From a virus (taxonomy: Duplodnaviria > Caudoviricetes): a DNA stretch of 61,075 bases. The notes under the pieces are model-generated. The model saw only the letters and a program-made list of their open reading frames with translations, had not been told where the DNA came from and ran no database searches. Shown piece by piece: positions 27,294-40,200 of this stretch. The stretch is from positions 1 through 61,075 of IMG/VR virus record IMGVR_UViG_3300010354_000093; one strand, 5' to 3'. Both the position numbers and the translations under genes were made by a program. Within the stretch, counting starts at the first letter, position 1, and every line of letters begins with the position of its first letter.

Positions 27294-29981
27294 TTAATTT
27301 ACTAAAATATCTATATTAGGAGCCGGATATATTCCTAATCTTACATTCATAGTCAGTGCAAATGTTGTTGTCATGGTTATTGGTAACGACCCAGCATTAT
27401 TATTAACTGTAATTGTACCTGTTAACGGCACATTTAATGATGTTCTACTAAACGGATACACAGATCCGCCCGGACTTTGAAATGCCCATCTTGCATTTAC
27501 TCCTGTGTGTACATCGATCTGGTTACTAGTATTTTCATAAAATACTGCTTCGTACACCATGTTAGGATTTCCTAATGTGCCGGAGACAGAATTAGTTCCT
27601 TCCCATCTAATTCTAAAAGTTCTATTTGGTGCTACGCCTTCCTCACCGTAATATATTCGTTGACAACTATTATCATTTGCAGAAATCATTATCTTTGGAA
27701 TAGCAGGGTTAGAACTACTTAATTGAGAATAGTTCGATGAACCAGCACCAAATGTAATGTAAGTGTTTGTTCCTACATAAATTGTGTTGTATGTTTGATT
27801 TAAAAAACTAATGCTAAAAGGAAGTGGAACTGTCCAATACCCGTCATCAGAATTTCCTGTGAATGTTAAGCCAGCCGGGGCAGATGGCGTCGACGACAAC
27901 AAACTTGCTGGGCCAATAATCGAATTTGTAATACTAATTCTCGAGCCGGCAGTTGGAGTAGTAGTTGTAATCCTATTTCCAGTATTTGGGCGTGTGTCAA
28001 AGCTATCGGTATTAGTAACTCTTGTGTCAGTTGTATAGATTCCACTAAAACCAGATTCAACTAACACTGGAGATCCGCCTGCTCTAGGTTTAGCAGTAAT
28101 AATATAAGGAACAACTGTACCATTTGGTATATTTGCTGTTGATAAGTTTACTGTAACGGTCCCATTATTAATGACTGAACTTACATCAGAAGTTAAATTA
28201 AACGTTGCTTGATTATTATAGCTGTAGAGTGTTCTTTTTCGAGGAACAATTTGGCCAGACACTGGCCTATGTGCCGCAGTTATTTCTGGAAATGGAACTG
28301 TATGATAACCTCCTACATCAAGCGTTGGTACTCGTGTTCCGACTAATAGTAATACTTGTTTATTACTTGCTGGATTAAATGTTAATCCAGCATCTTTACT
28401 ATCCTGGGCGCCACCGTTTGAACTTTGTAAAGTTGGTGGACACATTGCTTTTAAATACTCTCGAGCTTCTTTTTGAGTCATTCTAGGATATTTTTCAGCT
28501 AAACATGCAAGAACACCAGTGGTTTGTGGACCACTCATGCTAGTACCTGGACATTTTTTAAAATTGTTATTAATTGTGTCTGTTCCAGCAAGTGATTCTA
28601 TTCTTGAATCCGGAGCTGCTATAGAGTCATATAATGTAGTGCCGGTACTCCATATACTTTGTATACCTGAACCTGGTGCCCAGCAATCAATTCGTGGGCC
28701 ATAGTTACTAAATTCTGCTTTAAAGTCTCCAGATTCAATACCAGTCGAACTATAAATGCTTGCTCCAGAAGTTTCATTGTGTTGCCCCATGGCGCCTGAA
28801 CAAATAATTTTAGTTTCTTCTGTGCCACCATCTGCGGCACCAGGACTACTGCCACGATGGATGTAATAAGTTGTGTTGTTGTAAATCATTGTGTTGTCGT
28901 AATCTAAGCCGCCAACTACATCTTCGTAAAAATAACTATTTCCAGCACTAGCAACAATGATAATTCCTTCTGCCATAGCATCGATCATATCGATATCAGT
29001 TCCAGTATCTCGAGTTGGAAACGCTCCGCCGATATTTAATCTAGCAATATTTTGCAGAACATTAGAGTCCCATACATAAGATCCGTTTGAGCCGCTAGTT
29101 GGAAAATAATCAACACCTCTTATAGTTAACTTTGAAATGGAAGCAGAGTTTAATGAGCCTCCCCTATAACCCCAACTGTTATTCATCACTGTAGGATTCT
29201 TAACACCAGTTAACGGATTAATTGGTTTGTTTTTATGGAACTCCCTGACATAATCGATACTATCATAAAATGTAATATTATAGATATTTGCATCTCTGGC
29301 CCAACCCTGAGTATTGCCTGCGGTTGTTCCTGATGTGTGTGCGCCATGTTGTTGCAATCGTTCGCCTGGATAGTCGTAATACCCTATTGCGCCGCCTGTA
29401 ACAACAGGATTATGAATAAACCAATTATACTCAACCATTCTGCTGTAACCGGTTCCGTTGGCATTTTGTGCATACTCATAGGTAGTTGGATACGGTGCAC
29501 CGTCATCCATAATAACAACATCAACATTTTTTCCTGAACAGTCAACCAACAATGAAGCTGCTTGTTGTACCGTACCGTCGATCCCCCAATTTGTAATATT
29601 AGATTTTTTTAAACATCTAACAAATCCCCAATTTATATCGCCTGCATCGCTTGCAACACGTTTATCAAAATTTGACGAAGTTTGATTGAAACCAAAAGTT
29701 CCTCTAATTAAACCTAAATCTCTATAATTTAATTCTACTGTTAATACACGAGGATCTTTTTTAATAAGAGCCGCCTCATCATAACTTAACATATAATGTG
29801 TGTTACGGCTGATAGGTCTTCTGTTGACGCATTCAACCATCCTGTCAGGAATATAAAGATTCCCTCCTGGATTTTCCATATCTTTATAAAAATCGTCAGC
29901 ATCGTCCATACTCTTAAGAGTTACAATATACTCTTTAAGGCTTTGATCTTCCGGATTACCTAAGTGTGGAATTGGATCCAT
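27294..29981 (-). CDS. subtilisin-family (S8) serine peptidase with C-terminal beta-rich (NIDO-like) extension
   Basis: Triad VIMDDG / HGAHTSG / GTSMSGP, SAGNS; N-terminal EYIVTL propeptide-like segment; C-terminal DDGYWTVPLPFSISF....Y..IYVGTN. Confidence 0.88.
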   Translation of the reverse strand: MDPIPHLGNPEDQSLKEYIVTLKSMDDADDFYKDMENPGGNLYIPDRMVECVNRRPISRNTHYMLSYDEAALIKKDPRVLTVELNYRDLGLIRGTFGFNQTSSNFDKRVASDAGDINWGFVRCLKKSNITNWGIDGTVQQAASLLVDCSGKNVDVVIMDDGAPYPTTYEYAQNANGTGYSRMVEYNWFIHNPVVTGGAIGYYDYPGERLQQHGAHTSGTTAGNTQGWARDANIYNITFYDSIDYVREFHKNKPINPLTGVKNPTVMNNSWGYRGGSLNSASISKLTIRGVDYFPTSGSNGSYVWDSNVLQNIARLNIGGAFPTRDTGTDIDMIDAMAEGIIIVASAGNSYFYEDVVGGLDYDNTMIYNNTTYYIHRGSSPGAADGGTEETKIICSGAMGQHNETSGASIYSSTGIESGDFKAEFSNYGPRIDCWAPGSGIQSIWSTGTTLYDSIAAPDSRIESLAGTDTINNNFKKCPGTSMSGPQTTGVLACLAEKYPRMTQKEAREYLKAMCPPTLQSSNGGAQDSKDAGLTFNPASNKQVLLLVGTRVPTLDVGGYHTVPFPEITAAHRPVSGQIVPRKRTLYSYNNQATFNLTSDVSSVINNGTVTVNLSTANIPNGTVVPYIITAKPRAGGSPVLVESGFSGIYTTDTRVTNTDSFDTRPNTGNRITTTTPTAGSRISITNSIIGPASLLSSTPSAPAGLTFTGNSDDGYWTVPLPFSISFLNQTYNTIYVGTNTYITFGAGSSNYSQLSSSNPAIPKIMISANDNSCQRIYYGEEGVAPNRTFRIRWEGTNSVSGTLGNPNMVYEAVFYENTSNQIDVHTGVNARWAFQSPGGSVYPFSRTSLNVPLTGTITVNNNAGSLPITMTTTFALTMNVRLGIYPAPNIDILVN

Positions 29982-29982
29982 G

Positions 29983-31251
29983 TTATACCTCTAATTGCAA
30001 CAATGTTAATGTAACAGTAATTGTTGTTGACGACCCGCTTTTATTAGTAACTGCAACCGGAATGCTAGTTGTCGGAGTTCCTTCGTTGTTAAATCCTAAA
30101 ACAGCTGGAGTAACCACTACTGTTTGACTTCCGGTTGTAATAAATTCTGCTAGAACACCGCTTCCAGGAGCAGGATCTGTTAAAATATCTCTACTAGCGT
30201 CTGATGTCCTTGACGCAACATCGCTATATAATCTTACCCAAGCCGCTGCACTTGTTTGAATTTTTAATACCATATAGGATTTAAATCCGGTAATAGTTAT
30301 ATTACCTGTTGCATTATTTGCAATACTTGAAGTAGTTGCCGAAGCCGTTGTTCTACTGTAGGCTCCACCGGTACCTGCGACAGCAGCAAAAGAAAATTGT
30401 CCTGCACCATTAGTTGTTAAGAATGTTCCAGGTAATCCGTCAGCAATACCTAAATTTAATATGCTAGTTGGAATAGTTGGTTTACCAGTTAAATCTTGAT
30501 ATAATCCCGAGACTGCTACAATAGAAAAAGCCGGTCTATTTTGTATTGCAGACCATTCAACAACACCAACACCAGTTGAACTAATTACTCCGTTTGCGTC
30601 AATAGTAATAGACGCTCCGTCAACTTTAATTCCGCCTAGTGTTCCGCCGCTGCCAGTACCTGCGGTTGGCAGGGTATATTGTGTTGGAATAGTAGGTTTG
30701 TTTGTTAAATCAGTATAGCTTCCACTAGTTGCCACAGTTGCAAACGTTGGTTTTCCTGAGATATTTGCCCAAGCTAGCGAAGTTAAAGTAATATACCCAG
30801 AGCCATTAATAAGCTGATTCGTGTTGTTAGGTATTGTTGGTTTGTTTGTTAAATCATTATAGCTACCGCTAAAAAGTACAGGCTTGTTTGTTAAATCATT
30901 ATAATTGCCGCTAAAAAATGTAGGCTTGTTACTTAAATCGTCGTAGCTACCGCTTGTTGCTACCAAGGATAAAGAAGGTGTGTTATCTAAATCAAAATAG
31001 CTGCCTGAAGCGGCTACATCTGACAATGTGGGTTTATTCGTTAAATCAGTATAGCTTCCACTAAACAAAACTGGTTTGTTCAATATTTCAGCAAGTCCAG
31101 ATGTGGCATTCCAATCAGCATTGACTTGACCAGTTTCCATAAACTGATATAACTCTGTGAAATTATCATTTATTTTTTGAGCACCAGATCTTAACGTATC
31201 GCCTGATCCGTCATTTGCTGTAACTCCTGCATTAATTACTTGTTGCGACAT
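29983..31251 (-). CDS. repeat-containing tail fibre-like protein
   Basis: N-terminal ANDGSGDTLRSGAQKINDNFTELY (T4 gp9/gp10-type baseplate-attachment motif); seven SG.Y.DL..KP-type repeats; start ATG 31251. Confidence 0.75.
   Translation of the reverse strand: MSQQVINAGVTANDGSGDTLRSGAQKINDNFTELYQFMETGQVNADWNATSGLAEILNKPVLFSGSYTDLTNKPTLSDVAASGSYFDLDNTPSLSLVATSGSYDDLSNKPTFFSGNYNDLTNKPVLFSGSYNDLTNKPTIPNNTNQLINGSGYITLTSLAWANISGKPTFATVATSGSYTDLTNKPTIPTQYTLPTAGTGSGGTLGGIKVDGASITIDANGVISSTGVGVVEWSAIQNRPAFSIVAVSGLYQDLTGKPTIPTSILNLGIADGLPGTFLTTNGAGQFSFAAVAGTGGAYSRTTASATTSSIANNATGNITITGFKSYMVLKIQTSAAAWVRLYSDVASRTSDASRDILTDPAPGSGVLAEFITTGSQTVVVTPAVLGFNNEGTPTTSIPVAVTNKSGSSTTITVTLTLLQLEV
30694..31062. repeat. 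coding tandem repeats (SGSYxDLTNKP)
   Basis: Near-identical GGTTT(G/A)TT(T/C)GTTAAATCAGTATAGCTTCCACT at 30694-30725 and 31031-31062, with similar units in between. Confidence 0.8.
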
Positions 31252-31255
31252 TTTT

Positions 31256-34200
31256 TTATCCTTGGTCAAATGTTATGTCATTGCTATCGAACGAGCCGGC
31301 ACTTGAGTCAAACGTTGAAACAGACTCAGCACTTTGATATTTATTGCTCTCTTGATACCAAATTCCCGGAACAGCTTTTAAGAAAGTTGCTACGCTATTG
31401 TTATCATATAATAAGTTTACTGTTGAATCCCAAATTATACCTTTCTTTCTAACTACAGTTATGTTAATACCGTAATCTAAAGGTGTTTTCAATGTAAGCA
31501 CATTAGTATTTCCATCAACTGTGAATTCAGCATCAAAGTCAATATCTCCTTCAGGACTATCTGGTGCTTGATTAACATTGTAAACTGTATAGTCCGACTT
31601 ACGTAATCTTAAATTACCTATAAAAAATTCCCAATTGGCAGAATCATTTATAAAATTATCTGTACTTGTATGATTAGTCACGCATCTATATGTGTAACTT
31701 CCAACAGTTACAATATTTCCTATAGAATAAGCTACACCTGAAGTCCAATTAGCACCAACATTGTACCCCCCAACAAAAACTTCGATAGAATCTTTTGCAA
31801 GAGTGATAGCATCTTCTGCTGTCATCGAGCTACCCTGATATGTATAAGATGTATCAAAGTTGCCAGGAACAAAGTTTAAATTAACAGTATTAGTACCATC
31901 AGAAATTAATTTTTGTATAATTTGTTCGTTAACATAAGGTATTGTTTCCGAAGGACCAATATCTTGAACAAAACTGTTAACTGGATGAACGTTAGGAGTA
32001 CCTGTTCCTAATGTTCCACGACGTAGTTGACTTAATACATTTCCATTTTTTTGGAAATACTCAATTCGTTCTCCGCGAATTTCGACAATACCTGGCTTGT
32101 TTGCAGACGGGTTAGGAGCGTCGAAATTTGATGCATCTTCAACTTCTATCGAAACATCATTGTACTTTAAAGGTGCTGTTAATTTTGTTTGCTTATACAA
32201 ACTTAATCTCTTGAAATGATCCCTATTCAACATATCCTTAAATTGCATATAAGCTATGCCTGGAGATAGTACATTACTTCCAAAAGTTATAACATTAACT
32301 TCTTGATTTAAAGGAACATAGTCAGTTAGTTTAACTGTAATTTTATCTTCTTTAACTACATAGTCAACGCTAGGAACAAGAAGTTTACCAGCCTGGATTA
32401 CCCACACATAATTCTCATCAATTACAGGATTTCTTAGAGTAATATAACCACCAGTTACACCAACATAACTATAATATTCAGTTGTATCAGGTGTTACAGA
32501 AACAGAAGCATCAACTGTTAAAACTGTTCTTTCAATATCTAAAATATCGTGTTTATAAGAGCTTATAATTTCTACAGTATCCAAATTTGAGTATGCCTGA
32601 GCAAAAGTTATCTGTGCTGGCGTTGCTCCTTGTGGAGGAGTATAAACATACTCGGCATTCTGCAATACATTAACAATTAATTTCTTTCCTTTATACTGAG
32701 CAGCAATACTAGGAGTTATTTTTATATTGATAACGCTTAAATCAATAATATAATCGTTACCTAATGTCAATAGTGTTCCGTCAGCATAAATTTTTAAATC
32801 TGTAATATCAATGCTATAAGGCGGCAATGTTACCGGATCTAAAGAATAGTTATACTTGTTTGCTTTAATCGTGAAGTATTGATTTGTTGGTCCTGTTAAG
32901 AAAGTTTGATTTGCCCTAACAAGAATGTTTGATTCAATTGGTAACGAATCGCCTATTATATTAGACAAGTTATAAGTTAATGAACCATTTGTAGCAACTT
33001 TTTCTGTTTTAGTAACTGCAAATGTTTGTTGATTACCTGCAACGATAGAATAAGTTATTATGCTTCCAGACAGCGGTGCTGCACCGAAACGAATACCTAC
33101 TCTATTTGGACTATCATACGTTTCGTCTGTTTTAAAGATTTGCCCGTTACAAGGTTCTCCATTTAAATATATCAAATAGGACATCTGGTCAAGCCACGGA
33201 GCTTTAGTAATAAATTCCTCTGTTGTACCATTGCCAATAAAATAATCAATATCTAAAATGTTCCCGCCGTTGAATCCAAAACTGTAAACAGAAACAATGC
33301 TCTTAGCAGCAGGTGCCGTTACAAAAGTGATCAAATTATTTTCATAATCAAATGTGTAATCAACTTCACTAGTTTTAACACTATGGACAGAATTTGATAT
33401 TACTTTAACTATAATAGCCTGTTTAGTATTAGGCCTTTGAGATAAAATAAACTCCTCAGTAACACCATTGGCAACAAAATTATCGACCCTCATTGTAGCA
33501 CTTGCTGAATAAGGTTTATCAAATACTTTAATTGAAACTGTGTCAAACAACTGACCCGGTACAACTTCTTCTGGGGCAGGGCTAGTAGTTGGAGTCACAA
33601 AGCCGTCGCCGTCAACAATAATATCTTCTGGTAACAGGCCCGTTGCGGTAGAATATGCAAAATTTCCGCCACTAAGAGCTGTATCATAATCTGATTCTTC
33701 TGGTTTTATAGATCCGTCACTTGTGTTCTTTCTAATAATAATTTGGTCGCCGTCGTTAATTGTATATGTCAACGGTATTGCAATGTCGTAAGCCGGTATT
33801 GTTGGATCAGAACTTATACCAGTCGACACAATAGTTTCCATTATTGCATTAGTGTTTGTTTGGCCTGGGGTATTGTAGTCAGGATCATCTAACCTTACAG
33901 GCTCTAACAACGAGTATACTTCAACCCAAGACTGATCTGGAGCAGGAACTGTAAGTACTGCTATATCAAATCCAGTTAAAGCAAAATCAACATTTTTAAC
34001 TAAATTACGAGTAAAGGTTAATGAGCTTGCCGGATCTATTGATCCGTATAAAATTTGATTTAACCTAACTTGTGTACTGCTAATGATTTGAGTAACTGAG
34101 GTGTTCAGCCCAAGTACACCATTAACTGTTGTTGTTACTATATCACCAATTGCAAGACCTGTTGTACTAGCTACAGTTAGAATATCAACACCTGGTTTAT

Positions 34201-37200
34201 TCAAAGTAAATTTTAATGCTGTTCCATTTGCTGGAGGTAGACTTGGGGCGGCACTTAGAATCAAAGTTGTTGAGTTGGAAACTGTGACAACTGTTTGTGT
34301 TGTAAACTCTGTGCCAACTACTAGCATGCCCGGAACGATTCCGGTAGTATTGGAAACCTTTAATGTTGTACCAAAACTTCCTGCCGATACATAATTTGCT
34401 ACTACTCCTCCAGAATTAACATATCTTTTTATTCTGACTTTTGGAGACACCATATTGGTATTATATGGATACTCGAGGTTAATGCCGTCTGATTGTAAGT
34501 CATTTATTTCTAGTTTTATATGATAAACATTAATTTCTGTTCCGGCAGGAGGAACATAATTCAGCGTCCACTCGTGATCACCTGAACCAGTAGTTACAAT
34601 AAAATCATCAAATGTTGGATCTGCACTATCCCATCTTTCGGTAAAGTACGGCACATTATCCCAACCTTGGCCAACATCAAAATCTAAGCCGTCTAGTACA
34701 ACGCCACCGTAATCTATCCCTGACATTAACTGAGATAAATCTTTACCAATTTGACCCGATGTTGGATTATAGTAAAACTGTACTCTGTCAGCTGCATTCA
34801 ATAATGACCAATCTTTTGTATAGGTTACAATAATAGTTGCGTTTCTAGCAGGTGCTTTTTCAAATATAATCGAACCGCTATAACTTGTGTAACCTTTTGA
34901 TACAGATTTAATAATAACAAGTTTATAATTATCTCGTAATTCTTCAACTCCATTTACTGTAACTGTTGATTTATTAACCCTTACATCAGGTCCCCATTTT
35001 AACGGAAATTGTAATCTACTGCCTGTACCGCTAAATGTTTCTGTTTCTTCTAATTGTGTAATAAAATAACTTTGTGTTATACGATCAAACTTCATTCGAA
35101 TAGTTTGAGATCTTGTCACGCCGCCGCCGATAATAGCCACAGCAGTTGCTTGCGTTCCGCCCTGTTCTACTCCGCCTTCTAACACCACTTGCGGTGCTGA
35201 CAAATAACCACTTCCAGAATCAAGTAAAACAATTCTATTCACTTTTCCATTAGCAATAAATGCCCTAGCAGTTGCTCCAGACCCAGAGCTACTAATAAAT
35301 CTTACTACCGGAGGAGAATAATATAATGCTCCGTTATCAACTATCTGAATAGAAACAACTTTGTAACTTGCATTATCTAACCAGTTTTTCCAAGGATAAT
35401 TATCAATAACAGTTGATGTACTGGTAATTTGATTATTTTGAACTGATGCATTTACAACAGAAACTTTTCCGTTTTGGTAGGCTGGTTGTAAGTCAAAGTC
35501 AGTTACTAGTAATTGAGCAGGATCTACTTTATTATAGGTGCTAATATATTCTCTTATCTTAGTTCTATAAGGCTTAACCTCAGAAACATACGATTCAAAG
35601 TCCGATAAATTATCGTTCTTATAATTTACTGGCTGATGTAATTCTCCTACGTTATGATTTGCTTTAACAAAACTTGTTTTAAAAATCCAATCAACATAAG
35701 TTTGTTCATTTAAAACATAACGAACTGTATTAAAGAAAGATCCAAGATATGCATATTCTAATGTGTCAATAAGAATATTGTTCTTTAGCGCAGTGAGTAT
35801 GTTCCTTAATTCTGTTGTTGCAGAATTGTCAAACGTTGCATTGTCATATAACGCCCCATCAAATCCATAATCTGTATTTTGGAAAAGATATAAACTAGAA
35901 CTTAATTGTATTGTTCCATTTTCTTGACCAACTACTTTATAAATCTGTGTCCAGTCGATACTTTCAACATCGGAATATTTTTCTAATAAGAACCAAGTTC
36001 CACTACTGCTTGTTCTAACTTTTACAGTTTGTCCTATTGCTGGATAGATGGAATTTAAATCTGAAAATGTGTCTACTGCAAAATTTATTGCAGTATAATC
36101 ACTATATCCAGTTGCATACCAGTCAACGTAATCCCAGTATTTTCTTGTGTCAAATGACTGACTACGAATTCTTGACCATACTTTGTTTACAGAATCATAG
36201 GAGTATATGCTCCAAGTTCCAGTAGCGGAAGTATCAGTATGTACAAGTGCTGCGTAACTTCTTACTGAAAAGACTGTATTTGTGTCGTAACCGTATCCTG
36301 GAGAGATAATTTTAATACCAGTTATTTGTCCTTTAGCATTAATCAGTGCTTTAATCGAAGCCCCAAATCCTGAACCAACAACATCAATAACCGGTGCTAT
36401 AACATACCCGCGGCCGGCGTCAACAACTGATGCACCGACTATTGATCCATTTTCGATTATTGGAACTAATGTTGGTAGCACAAAAGATCCAACGTTGGCA
36501 AAACGTAGTTCTAAGTCTGTATCTAATACAACATCATACAATCCTGTATTAACACTAGGTTCTTTTTCATATGACTCTAATAAACTAAAATCTCTCTGGC
36601 CAACTACTTGGGTAGTTATTAACACTCTGTTAACATACTCGATGTATTGTTTTAGAGCCTCGAGACGATTAATAAACATACCTTGTCTAGGTCTGTTTTC
36701 AATTCCATATAATAGTTTTGGTGGAAGTGCAGGATCAGGTACTACTCTACCTTGCTCGTCTTTTCCACAAAGACTGTCTATCCATTTCTGTTCAATAATT
36801 TTAGGAATTACTGTATCACTATTAGTGCTTACTAATCTCCACTGGCTATGAATATTTTTATTAGGAGGATCACTTACCCAATATTCAACAGACAATACAA
36901 CATCTCGATCTGCTAATAAATTACCAACATTAACTAGACTAAATGAATTTGAACTAGTAAGTGCTAGATATTTGTATGCCTGGCCCCTAGGATTTCCTAT
37001 TAAACTAGAAACATCTTGAGCAGATATATATCTACCAACAACATTTGGAGTTGTTTTCTTATTCTTGACCCAGTAATAATACGTGTACTTGTAAGACTTA
37101 GCAACCGAGTCCCAACGTTTTGAATAGCTGTATGTGTTATTTCCGTACAATGTCTGGCCGCTTATACCCGAGGCAAGTCCTTCTTCGGTGTCGGCCTTAG

Positions 37201-40200
37201 CGTTCCAATCTGCTGGTTTATATTTTGATTCGACCCATTCGTAGATATCTACGGTAGATCCTGGGAATAATGTATTCCACGTACTGTTTCGATAAACAGT
37301 TTCATTATCATTGCTATCAATAAACTTTGTTGTTCGTAGATCCCACCATAATGTTCCAACTTGCGAGCTACCCCATGCAAGGCCATCATCAATTTTTACA
37401 GAACTGTTGGGTGTTTCAGATATTGGAGTTGCATATATTGCCGGATCAAAATATGTTTTATAACGTATTTCTTGATCAGAAATTCCTGGAATTTTTCCTT
37501 GACTAGAATCTATTACATCTAAGTATGTAATAAATTTATTTGTACGCTTGTTATATAAAAAGACTGATTTAATCTTAGATAGATCAACTTTGTCAATTTC
37601 ATAATGATTCAATGTCCAACTGTAGTGACCTTGTTTTTTAATATAAGAATAAAGTTTTCCAGAAGTTTTACCGTTGACAACTGCATATGGGGCTCCAACT
37701 AATACATAATTGCCGCCAACCGTAATTGATGTTCCGTATCCTTCTAATATATCAGTGTCTGTTGCTAAACTTTCTCCAAATATCCACTTTTTGTTGTACC
37801 TATCAAAGATATCAATTCTGCCACTATCAACATTCTTTTCAAGATAAAATGTTGTTAAGGAGTCGTCAAATGTTGTGCCGTCATTTATATCCCAGCCAAC
37901 TCGACTATCTGCACTTGCACTATAAATTACAAGTGTTTTATCATTATTCATGAAAAATATCTTACTTCCAAACATTTCTCCTTGTTCAGAATTTAAAGAA
38001 GTTATTGTTTGACCAAGACTATTATCTAAAATATAGTTGCCAGCTTGATTCCGTTCGTAGACAACTACTTTGCCCTGATCTACTTTATCACCATCGTATA
38101 CAGTTGACGATATTGCAATATATGTTGCAGAGTCAGTAATAGCTATACTTTGACCAAATCTAGTGTCTGTTCCAGAAATTGTCTGTGCTAAAGTATACAC
38201 TCCAGAATTGTTCTGTTTATAAACATACACTGACCCGTTTCCACCAGAAGTAATAGCAGGAGCTGATACTACTAGTGTCGAGCTGTCTTTACTTACGACT
38301 ACCGAGTCACCAAACTGATTTCCGATAGCACCTGCTGTAAATCCAGTAAGGTTATCATAAGCCCACGATGTTAAGACAAAATTTAGTCTTCCAAATGGGT
38401 CGCCATCTGGCGGCGCACTTAGAACCAATGTGGTCGAGTTCACAACTGTTATAACTTGTTGGCCTTGTGTAAATCCAGTTCCAACTACAGTCATTCCTTC
38501 TTTTACACCGTCTGTTGTAGATACTTTAATTGTTGCGCCTGTACTGCCAACAGGATTATATAACGCACTAGTTTGAACACGTGAATCATAAATTAATTTG
38601 TAAACTTTACTAGAATTATCAGCAGTAGAAACAAATAATGTATTATCACCAAATGCAACCTTGTACCCAAATAGTTCATTGATGCTTTGTACAGGACTTA
38701 CAAAAGTTGTAAGATGAGAATATAGTCCTATGCTGTTCTTGAAATAAACTGAAACTGCACCTTGCTGTAAAGGCCCTGTATTAGTTGCACCGTTAACTGT
38801 TTCAATTAAATTATTTTCACTCCAGTAAGTCGGCGATGTAGCAGGCGGATGAGATCCCGAAAAACTTACAATTGCTTCATAAATTTTTGTACCATCTGTT
38901 ACTAAATCTCCAACTACATACGAACTAGCAGGGTTATACGTTCCTTTAAACTTGGTTGCAGCAAGTCCGGCGCGAGGATGTCCTACTGCTAACCAATATC
39001 CGTCAGGAGAAAATGCTGCTGATTCTGCAAACCACGAATCTTGATTTGGATTAACACCTAGTATATCATTTGCTACAACAGGGCGTAAAAATATTTGAAC
39101 TTTTGTCCAAGGTACTCCCGGAACTGGTTTAGAATAAATTGAAGGTTGGCCCGACGTGTCTGAAACAAACGCTACATTGCCGTCTAAATTCATTACGACT
39201 AGTCTGCCAAATAAGGCATCATCTTCTAATGGATTTGGCGGTATAGTATCTCCTGCAAATACAGGATTATATTTCCAAGTTCCCCATTTTCCGTCGCCTT
39301 TATCTTTAGTCCATAACAATTCGCCATTGACTCTATTATTCGATAGAACCGAGTCAACTAAATCAATAGACTCGGATAGTTGAGGCTTAAGAGCAAATAC
39401 AGGAACAGTTGTTCCAGCCTGGAATGGTGTCCATCCAGCAATAGTTGTATTAATTATAATTTTTTCTACAGATACTGAAGAGATTTTATAAAATCCCTTA
39501 AACCCAACAGTCTCGATGCCAATATATGAGTCTGGTTCCAGGGTAACCACAGAGTCTGTCTCTAGTGTAAGAACAGAATTACTATAAGTAGCATTAACAA
39601 TCTTGATATCAGTAGGTGTATATCTATAGACATTCCAACTTATACCTTCAAATCCTACCCATACATAAGACCCATTGTTATATTCATCGATATTTTCAAG
39701 TAATATCTTATCTAGAGATGTTAAAACAGTTTTAACTTCGTCTTGTCTAACAAACCCTGCTGAACGTAGATAATTCTTTTGTGATGTTTTTAAAGGCCAT
39801 GGATTACTATTGTAACCAAGCGGTTTTAAATATATGTCACTTTCAATTTGTCTTACAATAAAATCATTTAAATTTCTATCAACTGTTTTTACTAATTCAA
39901 ATCCTTGAGGATTATTTTTAAACAGAGATTCGTCAAGTAGAAATTCAATGTTTTCAAAGGCGGCATTGGCACCGTATTGTCCAACACGTACTGCCCATTC
40001 TTCGTAAAAGTCTAAGTTTTCTTTTCCGCTGGCACCGAAGACGTCGAATAATTTATCTAAGGAATTAACTGAACCTTTGTCTGCAATCATTCCCTGATAA
40101 AATTTAAATTCGCTAACATCGTCTTGAATAATGTTACTTAAATACTGTCTTTTTTGGTAACCAATTAGATGCTGTGCTACTTTTTGCTGACCAGAATCAA

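Noticed and set aside
18594-31251. Diversity-generating retroelement or invertible fibre cassette
   Set aside because: No reverse transcriptase, recombinase, TR/VR pair or flanking inverted repeats seen; the repeats are ordinary coding repeats
31338-31345. Internal AATAAATA (- strand) near the end of the giant gene as a late promoter
   Set aside because: About 86 nt from the next start (others are 18-27 nt), lacks the upstream element, and is expected by chance in AT-rich coding DNA
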